Below are positions 19,971 through 30,028 of a DNA stretch of 64,000 bases, in pieces (position 1 is the first letter of the stretch; every line of letters begins with the position of its first letter). The stretch covers positions 47,245 to 111,244 of the forward strand of contig JBGCFV010000001.1 in assembly GCA_045107075.1 (NCBI GenBank). The letters are read 5' to 3'. The notes under the pieces are model-generated. The model was not told where the DNA came from. It was given only the letters and a program-made list of their open reading frames with translations, and searched no databases. The position numbers and the translations under genes are program-made. Source of the DNA: Gammaproteobacteria bacterium (GTDB lineage Bacteria > Pseudomonadota > Gammaproteobacteria > Steroidobacterales > SZUA-146).

Positions 19971-20297
19971 ATGAACGATCTTGAACAGTCGGCAATAGTT
20001 GGCAGGCTCAACGGGCTAATACTCAAAGCTGCGCCGACGGCAAAAACGGTCAGTAAATACGGCGGCACTCTATACACGTTAAAACCTGATCAGAAAGAAG
20101 GCCAGTTCTGCGGAATTTTCGAGTACAAAGGCCACGTTCAACTGGCGTTTAGTCAAGGAACCCAGCTGAGTGATCCGAAACATTTGCTCGAGGGTTCCGG
20201 TAAGTATCGAAGACACGTTAATGTGAAAACGGAGCAGGAAATTGACGAGACGAGTTTGGTTCGGCTAGTGAAACAAGCGGCGAAAATATCGATTTAA
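19971..20297 (+). CDS. DUF1801 (YdhG-like) protein
   Basis: KYGG…FCGIF.YKGHVQLAFSQG..LSDPKHLLEGSGK.RRHV pattern. Confidence 0.8.
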   Translation: MNDLEQSAIVGRLNGLILKAAPTAKTVSKYGGTLYTLKPDQKEGQFCGIFEYKGHVQLAFSQGTQLSDPKHLLEGSGKYRRHVNVKTEQEIDETSLVRLVKQAAKISI

Positions 20298-20568
20298 TAC
20301 GCTTGCCCGTCCCGTAAGCAGCGGTCGAGATATCTGCTGTGCTTACTGGTACGCTCTCTGAGGGTTTGGCAATAGAGGTTGATACGCCTTGTGGGTTTTG
20401 CCGTTAGGCCTCTGGCTGTCGGCACTGAGGCGATAAAAGCCCAAAATGAGCCTTTTCTAGTTACATTAAGAGTTGTGTATCTATCTGAATACTATAAGTA
20501 TTATGAATTAGTTGTCACAAACTCTTCTGTGAGGCGATAACTATAACAGGCACACGCTAGGAGCAAAT

Positions 20569-21780
20569 ATGGCTCGTTCGACAAATAACCCGAAAACAAA
20601 CAGCGCCCCGGGGTTAAACGAAGGGTTTGATTCTTCTTTAATACTCGATACAGACTCGGCCGATAATGACGTCGATCTCTACGAAGACCTGTTTCAATTG
20701 TTTGCGCTAAAAGTCGAGCCCTTCATTCATGAGTCGCTCCGTACAAGCTGGTCTGAAACCGAGGCTGAAGGGTGGGTCGAGTTGGCCGACGTCATGGCTC
20801 AAGGTTTACTGGAGTCCGACAATATTGCCGAGTCCAGCGAGCTCACATCATCCCAGATAAAACAGGCCAGGCAGACTATGACTGACGTTATCAGTCAGCA
20901 GTTGGCCACCGATATTAATCCTGACCCCACCGAGACCCGTGCCTTGTCATATAACCTGTCGCGATTAGTGGTGGCTGAGTGGCTCGATTTTCTGGAGCGT
21001 AATCTACGATCCGCGAATGCACCCGACCAAAACGTTCTTGGGCTGAACCGTTCGTTACTCCCTGGTGACATCAAACTTAAGCTATTCGGTCAAGCAATTT
21101 CTTCGTATCCTATTGACGAAATTTCCTTGCGCTTGGCGATGCAACATTTTGGGCGTGCTCTTTTGGAAGCAGAGGGTCACTGTGAATTGCCAATGGGCCT
21201 TTATGTTTCGACCAGTAATATTGACTCAAGCACAATGCCGTACCTGGCTGGCCTTCAGAGTAATCGGCCTGAGTTATCTGTCGAAAATGCGGCTAGTATT
21301 GCGATAAGACACTCGGTACAGGAAAACAGATTTACCGAATTGCGACGCCAGATAGCCGAGCTTCAGGTGGAGCCTGTCGCTGACACGCTGTTTAGTGTTT
21401 GGGAGCACTCAATAGCAATGTACTGTTCCCAAAGAAGTGATCGTGAGGAAGACTGGGCGTTGACGTCGGGCGTTTTGCCAAGAATGCCTGAGTTACGTGA
21501 GTTTTTTTATTCCGACGCTACGGCTCAATTGAGTGATATACCTAACCTCGATTTATCAGAAGAATTGATTGATGAAATTATGCACAACGTGCATGAAACG
21601 CTTCTATCCTCCGAGGAGCCTGTGGCTCTACCTGACTATATTTTTACGCAGGCTTCAGATGGCCTTGCGGTTCAACCTTCCAGTGACCACGACGACTTGG
21701 CACCTCACGATCAGGCAAGGGGCGAAAAATTTGTTGTTGGTGCTTTTATAAGTGCGGTCGAAGCGGGTTTAACCAGCTAG
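20569..21780 (+). CDS. Acidic, probably helical hypothetical protein
   Basis: 403-aa ORF with a strong RBS (AGGAG); no motif recognised. Confidence 0.75.
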   Translation: MARSTNNPKTNSAPGLNEGFDSSLILDTDSADNDVDLYEDLFQLFALKVEPFIHESLRTSWSETEAEGWVELADVMAQGLLESDNIAESSELTSSQIKQARQTMTDVISQQLATDINPDPTETRALSYNLSRLVVAEWLDFLERNLRSANAPDQNVLGLNRSLLPGDIKLKLFGQAISSYPIDEISLRLAMQHFGRALLEAEGHCELPMGLYVSTSNIDSSTMPYLAGLQSNRPELSVENAASIAIRHSVQENRFTELRRQIAELQVEPVADTLFSVWEHSIAMYCSQRSDREEDWALTSGVLPRMPELREFFYSDATAQLSDIPNLDLSEELIDEIMHNVHETLLSSEEPVALPDYIFTQASDGLAVQPSSDHDDLAPHDQARGEKFVVGAFISAVEAGLTS

Positions 21781-21781
21781 A

Positions 21782-23008
21782 CTAAAAGTCTAAATGCATC
21801 GATTCGGCAATTCGACCATTTTTACGCAAGAGCAGAAACGGGCCCGAGCCATAGGCGCGGGCAGCGACCAGCCTGTCTAGACGAATCTGATTCGGGTTGC
21901 CCGGATTGTAGTAGAAGCGCAGTAACTCGCACTGGTGCGGGTACTGCGAGTTGTACGACTGGTGTAGTGCCTTGTCGGGTTTATGACTGGTGGCAAAGTT
22001 GGAAAATTGGTAGGCGTATTGTTTGCTGAGACTGCCAACAACCAGCTGAGCCGGCGAAACCGGCTCGCCCGAAAGCTCTCCCTGTGCCGGAAACAATTCA
22101 TGCGTGTGACCGCTCATGACAAGATGTGCCAGCTGATTTATGGATAAGCCTTTCGGCGCTTTGCCCAAAATCTTGAATACTTCAGAGTCGTTAATCAAGC
22201 GCATTGACAGTCGATAGTCAAAATGACCCGGCTCGTAGATGGGGTGGTGGCTGAGCACGATACGCAAAGAGCGGCCATTTTCCTCGCGGTCTACGGCATC
22301 TTCCAACAGCTTCTGGATTTGTTCGCCCGGATGCGGGAAATCTTGTTTCTCCCAGTAACGGTCGTGTTGTATTTCCCCCAGTGCCAGCGTGTTTCTAAAT
22401 CGATCATGAAGAACGCTGTTGAGTCTGTACACCGCAATGCGCGCCTCTCCACCTGGAAGGTTGATTTCCAGTGGATCTGAAGGCGCGGTGTAGCTGTAAA
22501 CGTCTTCACGTAGTTCTTTACGATGTGCTGCTATTTCTTCGCGCTTGGCGAAAATAGGTTGCATGGTCGGCCATGCATCGTGATTTCCGTAAACAGACAC
22601 CGTGCTGTCGCACAGGCCTGACAGCTGGTTAAGGAAATCATGACCTTCAGTGAGCGACGCCTTGTCCCCGAAAGTAGTCAGGTCTCCAGTATCAATCAGA
22701 CATGTAGGCACACCCTTCCACTTAGCATCGTTAGACGTCACGGCTCTTACGAAATCAGAGAATCTGTCTAACGCAGAAGGTGCGTGACCAAACATGCCAT
22801 TTTCAAGGCCGCGTACCATTTCTTGCGCACGCTCGATCAAGCGGGGCGCTAACATTTTTGGTAATAGTTTAGACAGCTGCGCACTGCGCTGATCAATCTT
22901 GCGTAGCCTTCGCATTAAACTCAGATCTTTTGGCGAAACGGCGTGCTGTTCGTTTTTTACGTGCAAATCGGAAATGTGAATCAGCTGCAGGACAGGTTGT
23001 TCAGTCAT
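21782..23008 (-). CDS. Calcineurin-like metallophosphoesterase
   Basis: Complete motif set HISDLH, TGDLT, GNHD, LSHHP, SGHTH. Confidence 0.88.
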   Translation of the reverse strand: MTEQPVLQLIHISDLHVKNEQHAVSPKDLSLMRRLRKIDQRSAQLSKLLPKMLAPRLIERAQEMVRGLENGMFGHAPSALDRFSDFVRAVTSNDAKWKGVPTCLIDTGDLTTFGDKASLTEGHDFLNQLSGLCDSTVSVYGNHDAWPTMQPIFAKREEIAAHRKELREDVYSYTAPSDPLEINLPGGEARIAVYRLNSVLHDRFRNTLALGEIQHDRYWEKQDFPHPGEQIQKLLEDAVDREENGRSLRIVLSHHPIYEPGHFDYRLSMRLINDSEVFKILGKAPKGLSINQLAHLVMSGHTHELFPAQGELSGEPVSPAQLVVGSLSKQYAYQFSNFATSHKPDKALHQSYNSQYPHQCELLRFYYNPGNPNQIRLDRLVAARAYGSGPFLLLRKNGRIAESMHLDF

Positions 23009-23014
23009 GGAGTT

Positions 23015-23632
23015 TTATTCCGCTTTTTCTGGTTCACTGGATGACAGTAGTTGCGTAAGCGACATGTTTAAGTCGCGCTCAATTTCGGCTTTCAATTTTT
23101 TTCGGAGCCGACTCATTCGCGTGCGATCTTGCATGGATAGCTGAGAGGCGTCCGAGTCGATCAGATATTTTGTGACCACAGCACGATCGACTTTTGAAAA
23201 GCTCGACAGACGCCGGACGCAGGCCGCCAAAAGTAACTGGTAGGCGACTTGGCTCTCTAGTGGTCCAGTAGCGTGCAGTTTTTCAACATCAATCTGCAAA
23301 TCGGAAAAAAGGGGCTCACGGGAGCGGCGAAGGTGATCGATCATTCGACGTTTTAAAATGGTTACGCCGAGTTTACGAGCCGCAATCGCACTCATGCGCA
23401 GGGTTTTATTGGAGTCAAAGCTTGGTGGGTCAGTATTGTCCACAGACGATTCGCGTCTCATTAAATCAATAAGAGCGTCATGAACAATGTCTTCGTGGTG
23501 CGCTTTGATGTGGCCAGCATGACGTTGCAGGTATTGATGCAAGTAAGCTCTCAAACTGGACCAGGTAATATCCCTGTCCTTTCCACTCACATCGGCTTCC
23601 TCATATTGCAAGCTACTCGGCTGATTGGTCAA
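23015..23632 (-). CDS. ECF-type sigma-factor-like protein
   Basis: Region-2-like LRAYL…HEDIVHDAL…ILKRRMIDHLRR; short, degenerate region 4 (RTRMSRLRKKL). Confidence 0.6.
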   Translation of the reverse strand: MTNQPSSLQYEEADVSGKDRDITWSSLRAYLHQYLQRHAGHIKAHHEDIVHDALIDLMRRESSVDNTDPPSFDSNKTLRMSAIAARKLGVTILKRRMIDHLRRSREPLFSDLQIDVEKLHATGPLESQVAYQLLLAACVRRLSSFSKVDRAVVTKYLIDSDASQLSMQDRTRMSRLRKKLKAEIERDLNMSLTQLLSSSEPEKAE

Positions 23633-24321
23633 AACTGCAGAGGTTTGAACATGCAGTGGACGGGTAGAGTATAGCGCACCTTATTTATGCTCGTTGTCTC
23701 ATTTGTGGTTGGAGCTATATCCTCGAGGCTGCATGTTAGGCTTTTGCCAGTCTGGACAAAATATGATCAACAGGTCCGGCTGTTCCTTCTATCAGAGTGT
23801 TTGTCGGTCGACTAATCATTTAGTTTTACGCTTGCTGTTACGCAGCAATTCGCGATGTCGGTGAACCGTTTTCGAATGGGTCAGGCTGATTTTGAAGAGC
23901 GTTATCGAGACGTAACGCCGATCGAAAAAATATGGTATTTTCCTTTTTGAAAGAACCCGCTATGCCTCGGGGGGGAGTGTAAACGCGCTCCGCATAGCGA
24001 TGAATCCAGACCGATCAGTTCGAGTCGCCGATTCGTAAATACATGAAGATTAACGGCATCTAAAACCTGAGCAGAGTGGTCTCGTTTTCAAAAATAGAAG
24101 GCGTGCTTACTGGTATGAGATTACTACATTGTTTGAATCGCACAGAACCGGTAATCAATTCAGTTCGGGGTGCGTTTCGCCTGCACAGCACGCTTGTCGA
24201 TGTAAATTGACAGTATGAAAATCGTGGCTACTTGCAAGCCGCCTTGAACCTTGACGATACGACTAGCATCGAACTACCTCATGTATTGTTGACCTAATAT
24301 AAGTTGCACAGGGAATAATTA

Positions 24322-25308
24322 ATGACAGATTTGCCGTCCTATGTAGAAAACAAAAACGACTACGCAAAATTCAGTCCGCTGTTAGTCTCGAATTCCAAAG
24401 GCCACCCTCGTATGCGCGTCGGGGTAACGCTCGAGCTGTGGTTGCTGGATGGTTGGACTGACGAAAAACGTAACGCCAGCCTGACTGTGTTGCAAGAGTA
24501 CTGTGAGCTTTTCGAAGGCCAGGTCGACAGCTACATGATCAATGACGATACGCAGCCAAGAATAATGCACAACCGCTTCATCGATGACTTCAAGAACGCC
24601 CTGCAGGACTGCAATACCAAAAAGAACTTTAGTTTTGTGGTTAACAACTCTAAGGAGCGAGTGCCTCTGCATCAGGTGAGCACCGTCTTGGTTGCGAGTG
24701 GTCGCCGGAAACGAAAACCCTTGAGTCGTTTTCGTGTTCAATTTGACCCGGCATGGGTTGCGAAAGACCCCGAGGCTTTTGTGTCGTTGGCTACGTCGTG
24801 GTGCAGTACCCTGAGACCCGTTCATGGGACCGTCGGTCTGGCCCCGATTATTTGGGGCGGCATGGACGTTGATTTTCCGGAGCTCTACGTGCCATTTTTG
24901 AAACGGTTCCCAGGCTTGGACTTTAATAACGCCGCTTTTGGATTGTTGGCAAAAACAAGTCGACACATTAAAGCGGTGAACTGGTTAACCGTCATTGATA
25001 ATCAATGGGTGATTGAGTTAGGCGGATCAGACTGGCTTGCCAAGTCGTTTTCCGATCAGGTAACGCTTCATGACTTTGGTGCCGGTTTTCTGATTCAGGC
25101 CGGCGCCGAGCCACAGGTTGGCGATATGAATAGTCACATTTGGCCTCAGGAATACATTGAGGTGAACAGAATGTTAAAGCCGATTCGTTTTGAGGGCTAC
25201 GAACAACGTGGTTTGTTTGCGGTTGAAAGCCCAATGGAAGAACTGGACGAGACCATGAGCTGGATTCGACGTTTCGACCGTGAAGATGACAATGCGCCGT
25301 TCTTTTAG
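24322..25308 (+). CDS. Type VI secretion immunity family protein (DUF3396/TsiV-like)
   Basis: RFPGLD, IKAVNWLT, GFLIQAGAEPQVGD, Y.EVNRMLKPIR and WIRRFD motifs. Confidence 0.82.
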   Translation: MTDLPSYVENKNDYAKFSPLLVSNSKGHPRMRVGVTLELWLLDGWTDEKRNASLTVLQEYCELFEGQVDSYMINDDTQPRIMHNRFIDDFKNALQDCNTKKNFSFVVNNSKERVPLHQVSTVLVASGRRKRKPLSRFRVQFDPAWVAKDPEAFVSLATSWCSTLRPVHGTVGLAPIIWGGMDVDFPELYVPFLKRFPGLDFNNAAFGLLAKTSRHIKAVNWLTVIDNQWVIELGGSDWLAKSFSDQVTLHDFGAGFLIQAGAEPQVGDMNSHIWPQEYIEVNRMLKPIRFEGYEQRGLFAVESPMEELDETMSWIRRFDREDDNAPFF

Positions 25309-25843
25309 ACGACAATCAAGCGGTGAGGCGTTACTGAACGAGAGCCTGGCTGCGGCTTAGTTCGCGTCTAAGATCTCGACAGGTTTGGCCGAAAAGGTAG
25401 CGGCTCTGACGTAGGTCAAACTTTACTGCAGCGAGCGTCCGCTCCTGCGAAATCTGACTGTCCCGATTAATTTCATTTCTTACGATGCTTTTCAAAGAGC
25501 TTTGTCGCTGTATTGGATGAAGCACAATTAGATCCATCGTACTGACAGTCAATTCTCACTTAAAACAACACGAATTTCAGAGAATTAGCTTCCGGTTGAA
25601 GCCAAACGGTCAGTTTTGGGAGGTTTCCAGACTCAATCTACGCATGTGGTTTCGTCGCCAACCCAACGGCAGCCGCACTGCGTAGATGTGAGTCAGTAAA
25701 TGACTCAATTCACTGTCGGGTACGACACATACTAAACAGTCTTCAGTCATGGCGCTTGCGACAAGCCGTACGCTGTGATTCATGACGACTAATGTGTGCT
25801 AACCGAAATTGAATTCAGTCCAGGGAAACACGAGGACCAAAAA

Positions 25844-28800
25844 ATGAAACAGTCAACATTGTCACACTATTATCTAGCGGCACTCATTTTCACATCAAGC
25901 TGCTATCTGACGACGACAAGCGCGGATACGGTTGTGGGCGAAGATGGGCAAGCCTATTACGTACAAGATACTAAACCGAAAGAAGGGCTCGAAAAGATCG
26001 CGCCGAGTTTGCGGTTAGCCTCTTCCGATAAGGAAATCGATGTCATTATCTATTTGGCACGGCCAACACAGCAGGCCGGTAAATCAAGTCCAATTGCGCA
26101 AGTGAAGGCCGATCATCTCGCCATTCTTGAGCGTCTGGATGAAGAGATACGCAGTATTAAGAGAGACGACCGGCCTACCAGGTCACTGACAGAAGCTGAG
26201 GAGCAAGAGTACGTACGCTCAATAGCAGGCACCCCAATGTCAGCGGCAAAACAAAGTCGACTCGATTCACTCAAACGCGAAATAGATGAGGCGAGAACGG
26301 CCATGCACAAAGCAGTCAGTGCCGCCATCGACGCAGCCGGACGTAACGAGCGGGCCGCCATGCGCAGCGACATTCAGAGCGCAGGTGGCCAGATCACGTC
26401 CGAAATTTCGTTAGTCAATGCGTTGGGTGCCACCATAAGGGCTGACATGCTTCAGTCTCTGGCGTTTGACAACCGTGTCGTCGAGGTACTTCCCAATCTG
26501 CCTGCCGACTACGAGTTGGAAGTCAGCCGACAAGCAGTTGGATTTCCGACTTACCACAATAACGGTTTCGATGGGAGCGGCATCTTTGATATCGGTATCA
26601 TCGATTCAGGTGTGCAGGAAAACCATCCCAACCTGTCTCCGGCGGAGGGCTTTTTTACTAATTCGTCGTCACCTACCGATCCCGATATGGAAGTGGGTCA
26701 CGGAACTCACGTAACCGGCATTGTGGCCAGTAATCACGGATCGGTCAGGGGTGGTGTTCCAAATGTTGGTGCCATTATTTGGGAGAGATCCGGTAGCCAG
26801 GGTACGACCATGAGTCGAATGCACAACCTGGCGTCAGACTTTACACAGTCTCCAGAGGCGGTTAACCACAGCCTTGGTTACGGTACGGCAAACGACGTTG
26901 ACTACAACGCCAACGACAGCTTTTACGACGCTTACGTCGAAAATTTTGGCATCATGGTGACCAAGTCAACCGGAAACGGGGGCTGGACGACATCTGATCC
27001 CGGTGACCCCTCGATCACAATTACCCATCCGGCATCGGCTTATAACTTGCTGGCCGTGGCCAACATGAATGACCGCAACACCGTGACCCGGGACGACGAC
27101 ATTCGCAGTTCCGGATCAAGCGTTGGTCCAACGGTTGGGGGTCGACGAAAGCCCGATATAGCCGCACCCGGTACAGGCATTAATTCAACCAACTTTTTTT
27201 GGCCGGGAGCCGGATCGCTTCCATACAACGCGTGTAACGGACCGGCTCGCTTTGGCGCCGACAACATCGATGACTTCTGCATACTGTCAGGCACCAGTAT
27301 GGCTGCGCCTCACGTTGCGGCCGGTATTCTCCTGATGGAAGATGCGGGCAACACCATTCCACGCTCCCAAAAAGCGGTTATGTTGAATACCGCTGATGCC
27401 TGGGATAGCAATGAAACATCTACGTCGTCCGATGACGGTGAGCAGCAAGCGCCGACGTGTTCTGCCAGCGACTGTGACACCCTGTGGGACAAGGCCTACG
27501 GCTGGGGGTACATGGATATGACCGAGGCGCATTTCAACAACAACGACTACTTCAACGACAGCGTTGTCGGTCGAAACGATGACGCCATTGAAAACGACTA
27601 CAAGCTCTACAAAGGTTTCATGTTTGCTAACGAAAAGGCCACACTTACCTGGCAGAAACGTGCCGACAATTATATTGACGGCGGCCCGGCAACCGGACAG
27701 CGTGCGATTGGAGATCTGAACATTCGGCTTTACTCCAATTCTAACGGTGACCTGATGGACCTTGATTTGACTGCTACTGATAACGTTCAGCAAGTGGTTG
27801 CCCCAACCGGTGCGACGGCGGTAGTTAAAGTCTATGCGTGGAGCTCAGCCTTCGATGGTATTACAGCCATGCCGTATTCTTTGGCGACCGAGGAAAACTT
27901 TCAGCGGGTTGATCCGCCGAGCTTTGCTGCGACGCCACTCATTCCGGTTGTGGGACCGTTTCAAACCTTTACAGCGGCGACGCTCATCGCCAATAACGGT
28001 ACAACGGGTGCGCATTCCACCAACGTAGCCATCGGCAACGTGGGTGGCGTAATCGGTGACGGCACGAGCCAGAACGTTGGTACGATTTTGGACGGGGATT
28101 CAGAGCAGGTTTCTTTTACTCTGACTACCAGTGGCCTTAGCGCAGGCACACAGTTTATCCCGGTTACGGTAACGAGCAATAGCTACAATGAAACCTATAC
28201 GGGTAACTTCCCGAACGGCATCCGCTTTACCGTTGAGACAACGGCTCCAACCAGCGACTGCACTACTAGTGGTACGTATACCAATGACGACGAGATTGCC
28301 GTTGACTGGACAGGCTCTGACGGGTTTGGTACCGGCGTAGACTTTGCGCGTCTTTATGTAAGAGCACCTGGCAGCGCAGTCTATCAGAACACCGGATTGC
28401 AGCAGAACGGTACATCGGGCACGTTTAACTTCCCGGCCGCAAGCGGCGATGGTACGTATTTCTTTGCCATTAGAGCGCGCGACAACGGAGGTAACTGGGA
28501 ATCCATACCAACCAGTAACGAATGCTTCGTCGTCCGCGATTCAGTCGATCCCGTTTCCACACTCAGTGCACCAAACTTCGTGCCCGCTGGTGCTATTCCA
28601 TTAACGTTTTCGGTCTCCGATGCGTCGCCATCTAGTGGTCTTGAATTTGTAGATTTTTGGTACTACGAAGCGCCTAACGGACCTTGGACGTATACCGGAC
28701 AGTTTTCAACAAACGCAAATGGCTTAATTAACTGGGTGCCACCTGGGCCCGGCGTTTATTACTTTTCTTCAAGAGCTAAAGACAATGCGCAAAACGTTGA

Positions 28801-29146
28801 GTCCGATGTGTTTGCACCACCACCCGTAGAGACCGTTACCAACTACGGCGGCATTGACTCCGACGGTGACGGTGTTCTTGATTTAGCGGATAACTGCACG
28901 TTGCTATCCAATCCAGGTCAGCGAGACACGAATGGCGACGGTTACGGAAACATGTGTGATCCCGACTTAAATAACGACGGCGTCGTTAACTTCGTCGACA
29001 TTCAGGCCTGGACTTCGTTCTTTAACGTCGCCTGCGGTAACGTGGACGAAGACATCAACGGAGACGGGTTGTGTAACTTCATCGACTATCAGGCCTTTGG
29101 GAATTTCTTCCTCCAGCCTCCCGGTCCCAGTGGAGTCGCTCCCTGA
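25844..29146 (+). CDS. Secreted S8 subtilase with Ig-like repeats and C-terminal TSP3/dockerin-like module
   Basis: Catalytic triad IIDSG, HGTHVTG, GTSMAAPHV; KPDIAAPG; C-terminal DSDGDGVLDLADNC…FFLQPPGPSG; start at MKQSTL. Confidence 0.92.
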   Translation: MKQSTLSHYYLAALIFTSSCYLTTTSADTVVGEDGQAYYVQDTKPKEGLEKIAPSLRLASSDKEIDVIIYLARPTQQAGKSSPIAQVKADHLAILERLDEEIRSIKRDDRPTRSLTEAEEQEYVRSIAGTPMSAAKQSRLDSLKREIDEARTAMHKAVSAAIDAAGRNERAAMRSDIQSAGGQITSEISLVNALGATIRADMLQSLAFDNRVVEVLPNLPADYELEVSRQAVGFPTYHNNGFDGSGIFDIGIIDSGVQENHPNLSPAEGFFTNSSSPTDPDMEVGHGTHVTGIVASNHGSVRGGVPNVGAIIWERSGSQGTTMSRMHNLASDFTQSPEAVNHSLGYGTANDVDYNANDSFYDAYVENFGIMVTKSTGNGGWTTSDPGDPSITITHPASAYNLLAVANMNDRNTVTRDDDIRSSGSSVGPTVGGRRKPDIAAPGTGINSTNFFWPGAGSLPYNACNGPARFGADNIDDFCILSGTSMAAPHVAAGILLMEDAGNTIPRSQKAVMLNTADAWDSNETSTSSDDGEQQAPTCSASDCDTLWDKAYGWGYMDMTEAHFNNNDYFNDSVVGRNDDAIENDYKLYKGFMFANEKATLTWQKRADNYIDGGPATGQRAIGDLNIRLYSNSNGDLMDLDLTATDNVQQVVAPTGATAVVKVYAWSSAFDGITAMPYSLATEENFQRVDPPSFAATPLIPVVGPFQTFTAATLIANNGTTGAHSTNVAIGNVGGVIGDGTSQNVGTILDGDSEQVSFTLTTSGLSAGTQFIPVTVTSNSYNETYTGNFPNGIRFTVETTAPTSDCTTSGTYTNDDEIAVDWTGSDGFGTGVDFARLYVRAPGSAVYQNTGLQQNGTSGTFNFPAASGDGTYFFAIRARDNGGNWESIPTSNECFVVRDSVDPVSTLSAPNFVPAGAIPLTFSVSDASPSSGLEFVDFWYYEAPNGPWTYTGQFSTNANGLINWVPPGPGVYYFSSRAKDNAQNVESDVFAPPPVETVTNYGGIDSDGDGVLDLADNCTLLSNPGQRDTNGDGYGNMCDPDLNNDGVVNFVDIQAWTSFFNVACGNVDEDINGDGLCNFIDYQAFGNFFLQPPGPSGVAP

Positions 29147-29169
29147 GCTACTGGTGTTTTGCAATAAAG

Positions 29170-29199
29170 AAAAAGCCCCTTGAAAAAGGGGCTTTTTTT
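29170..29199. terminator. Bidirectional rho-independent terminator
   Basis: AAAAAGCCCCTT-GAAA-AAGGGGCTTTTTTT between convergent genes. Confidence 0.88.
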
Positions 29200-29293
29200 A
29201 TTTGGGACCTCGCAGCTAATGGCCTGAGTGTCGAGCAGCGGATCTTTATCTTCGCTGTTCGCGTTTACAAAAGGCTTGGCCGCGAGTTCACTA

Positions 29294-29800
29294 CTAGCCT
29301 GCAGGTCGGTAGTTAACCACTTTCGTGTTGGCAATCAGATCATGCACGCATCGTTTGTCGCTGCGAAAAATGAACAAGGCGTCTACCAGGCTGGCAATTT
29401 GACCAACAACAGGAACCTGGCCTACGACCCAGAGTGGTACGTACCTGAGGCCGATCAGTTTGGCCAGAGGCAGGAGGCGACCGTCGTCAAACGACACAAT
29501 TTGGGTGCGCACTAACAGCTTGCCAATTGTTTGTCCTTTCGTACTGAGCAAATAGCCGTTTAAGGCGAGAAAGATTGCCAGGCCGGCGATGCCCATCAGA
29601 GCTGTTTCAAGCAGAGTTTGTGAAGCGGTGCTGGCACGTTCAAAGTACCCAGTCATTAGCACCAGCGGAATCGTTATAACGCCAATAAGCAGCCCGTCAA
29701 TGAGTGAGCCAAAGAATCGTCGCCACCGGCTGGCAAGTTCGCCTGGTGCTGAGTCAGCTAGCTCGGCGCTAGGTGGGCTGTATGGATTTTCGGTGGACAT
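29294..29800 (-). CDS. RDD-family membrane protein
   Basis: NPYSPP, LASRWRRFFGSLID, GQTIGK and RCVHDLIANT motifs. Confidence 0.88.
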   Translation of the reverse strand: MSTENPYSPPSAELADSAPGELASRWRRFFGSLIDGLLIGVITIPLVLMTGYFERASTASQTLLETALMGIAGLAIFLALNGYLLSTKGQTIGKLLVRTQIVSFDDGRLLPLAKLIGLRYVPLWVVGQVPVVGQIASLVDALFIFRSDKRCVHDLIANTKVVNYRPAG

Positions 29801-30028
29801 GAGGCTTTCCTTCTAAATGTTGGTGTTGGTACTAAGAGTTAGGTCACGTCGTGAGTCTACCTGAAAGAGTCTGGTATGGGGCGGCGCGTAAATGGCCCGC
29901 TCAACAGAGAATAAGCAATGTGTCGTTAATGCTGAACACGGAGCGCGGGCTCATCAAAGCGCTGGACAGCAGATTAATGAGGCCGGCTCATTTTGTGGCC
30001 GTTCCCGAATAAGCTTGTAAGTCGGGTC

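Noticed and set aside
23633-24321. Hidden small gene or effector in the gap before DUF3396
   Set aside because: No ORF of 60 aa or more beyond a short overlap with the sigma-like gene, and no recognisable motif; decayed remnants cannot be excluded without BLASTX.
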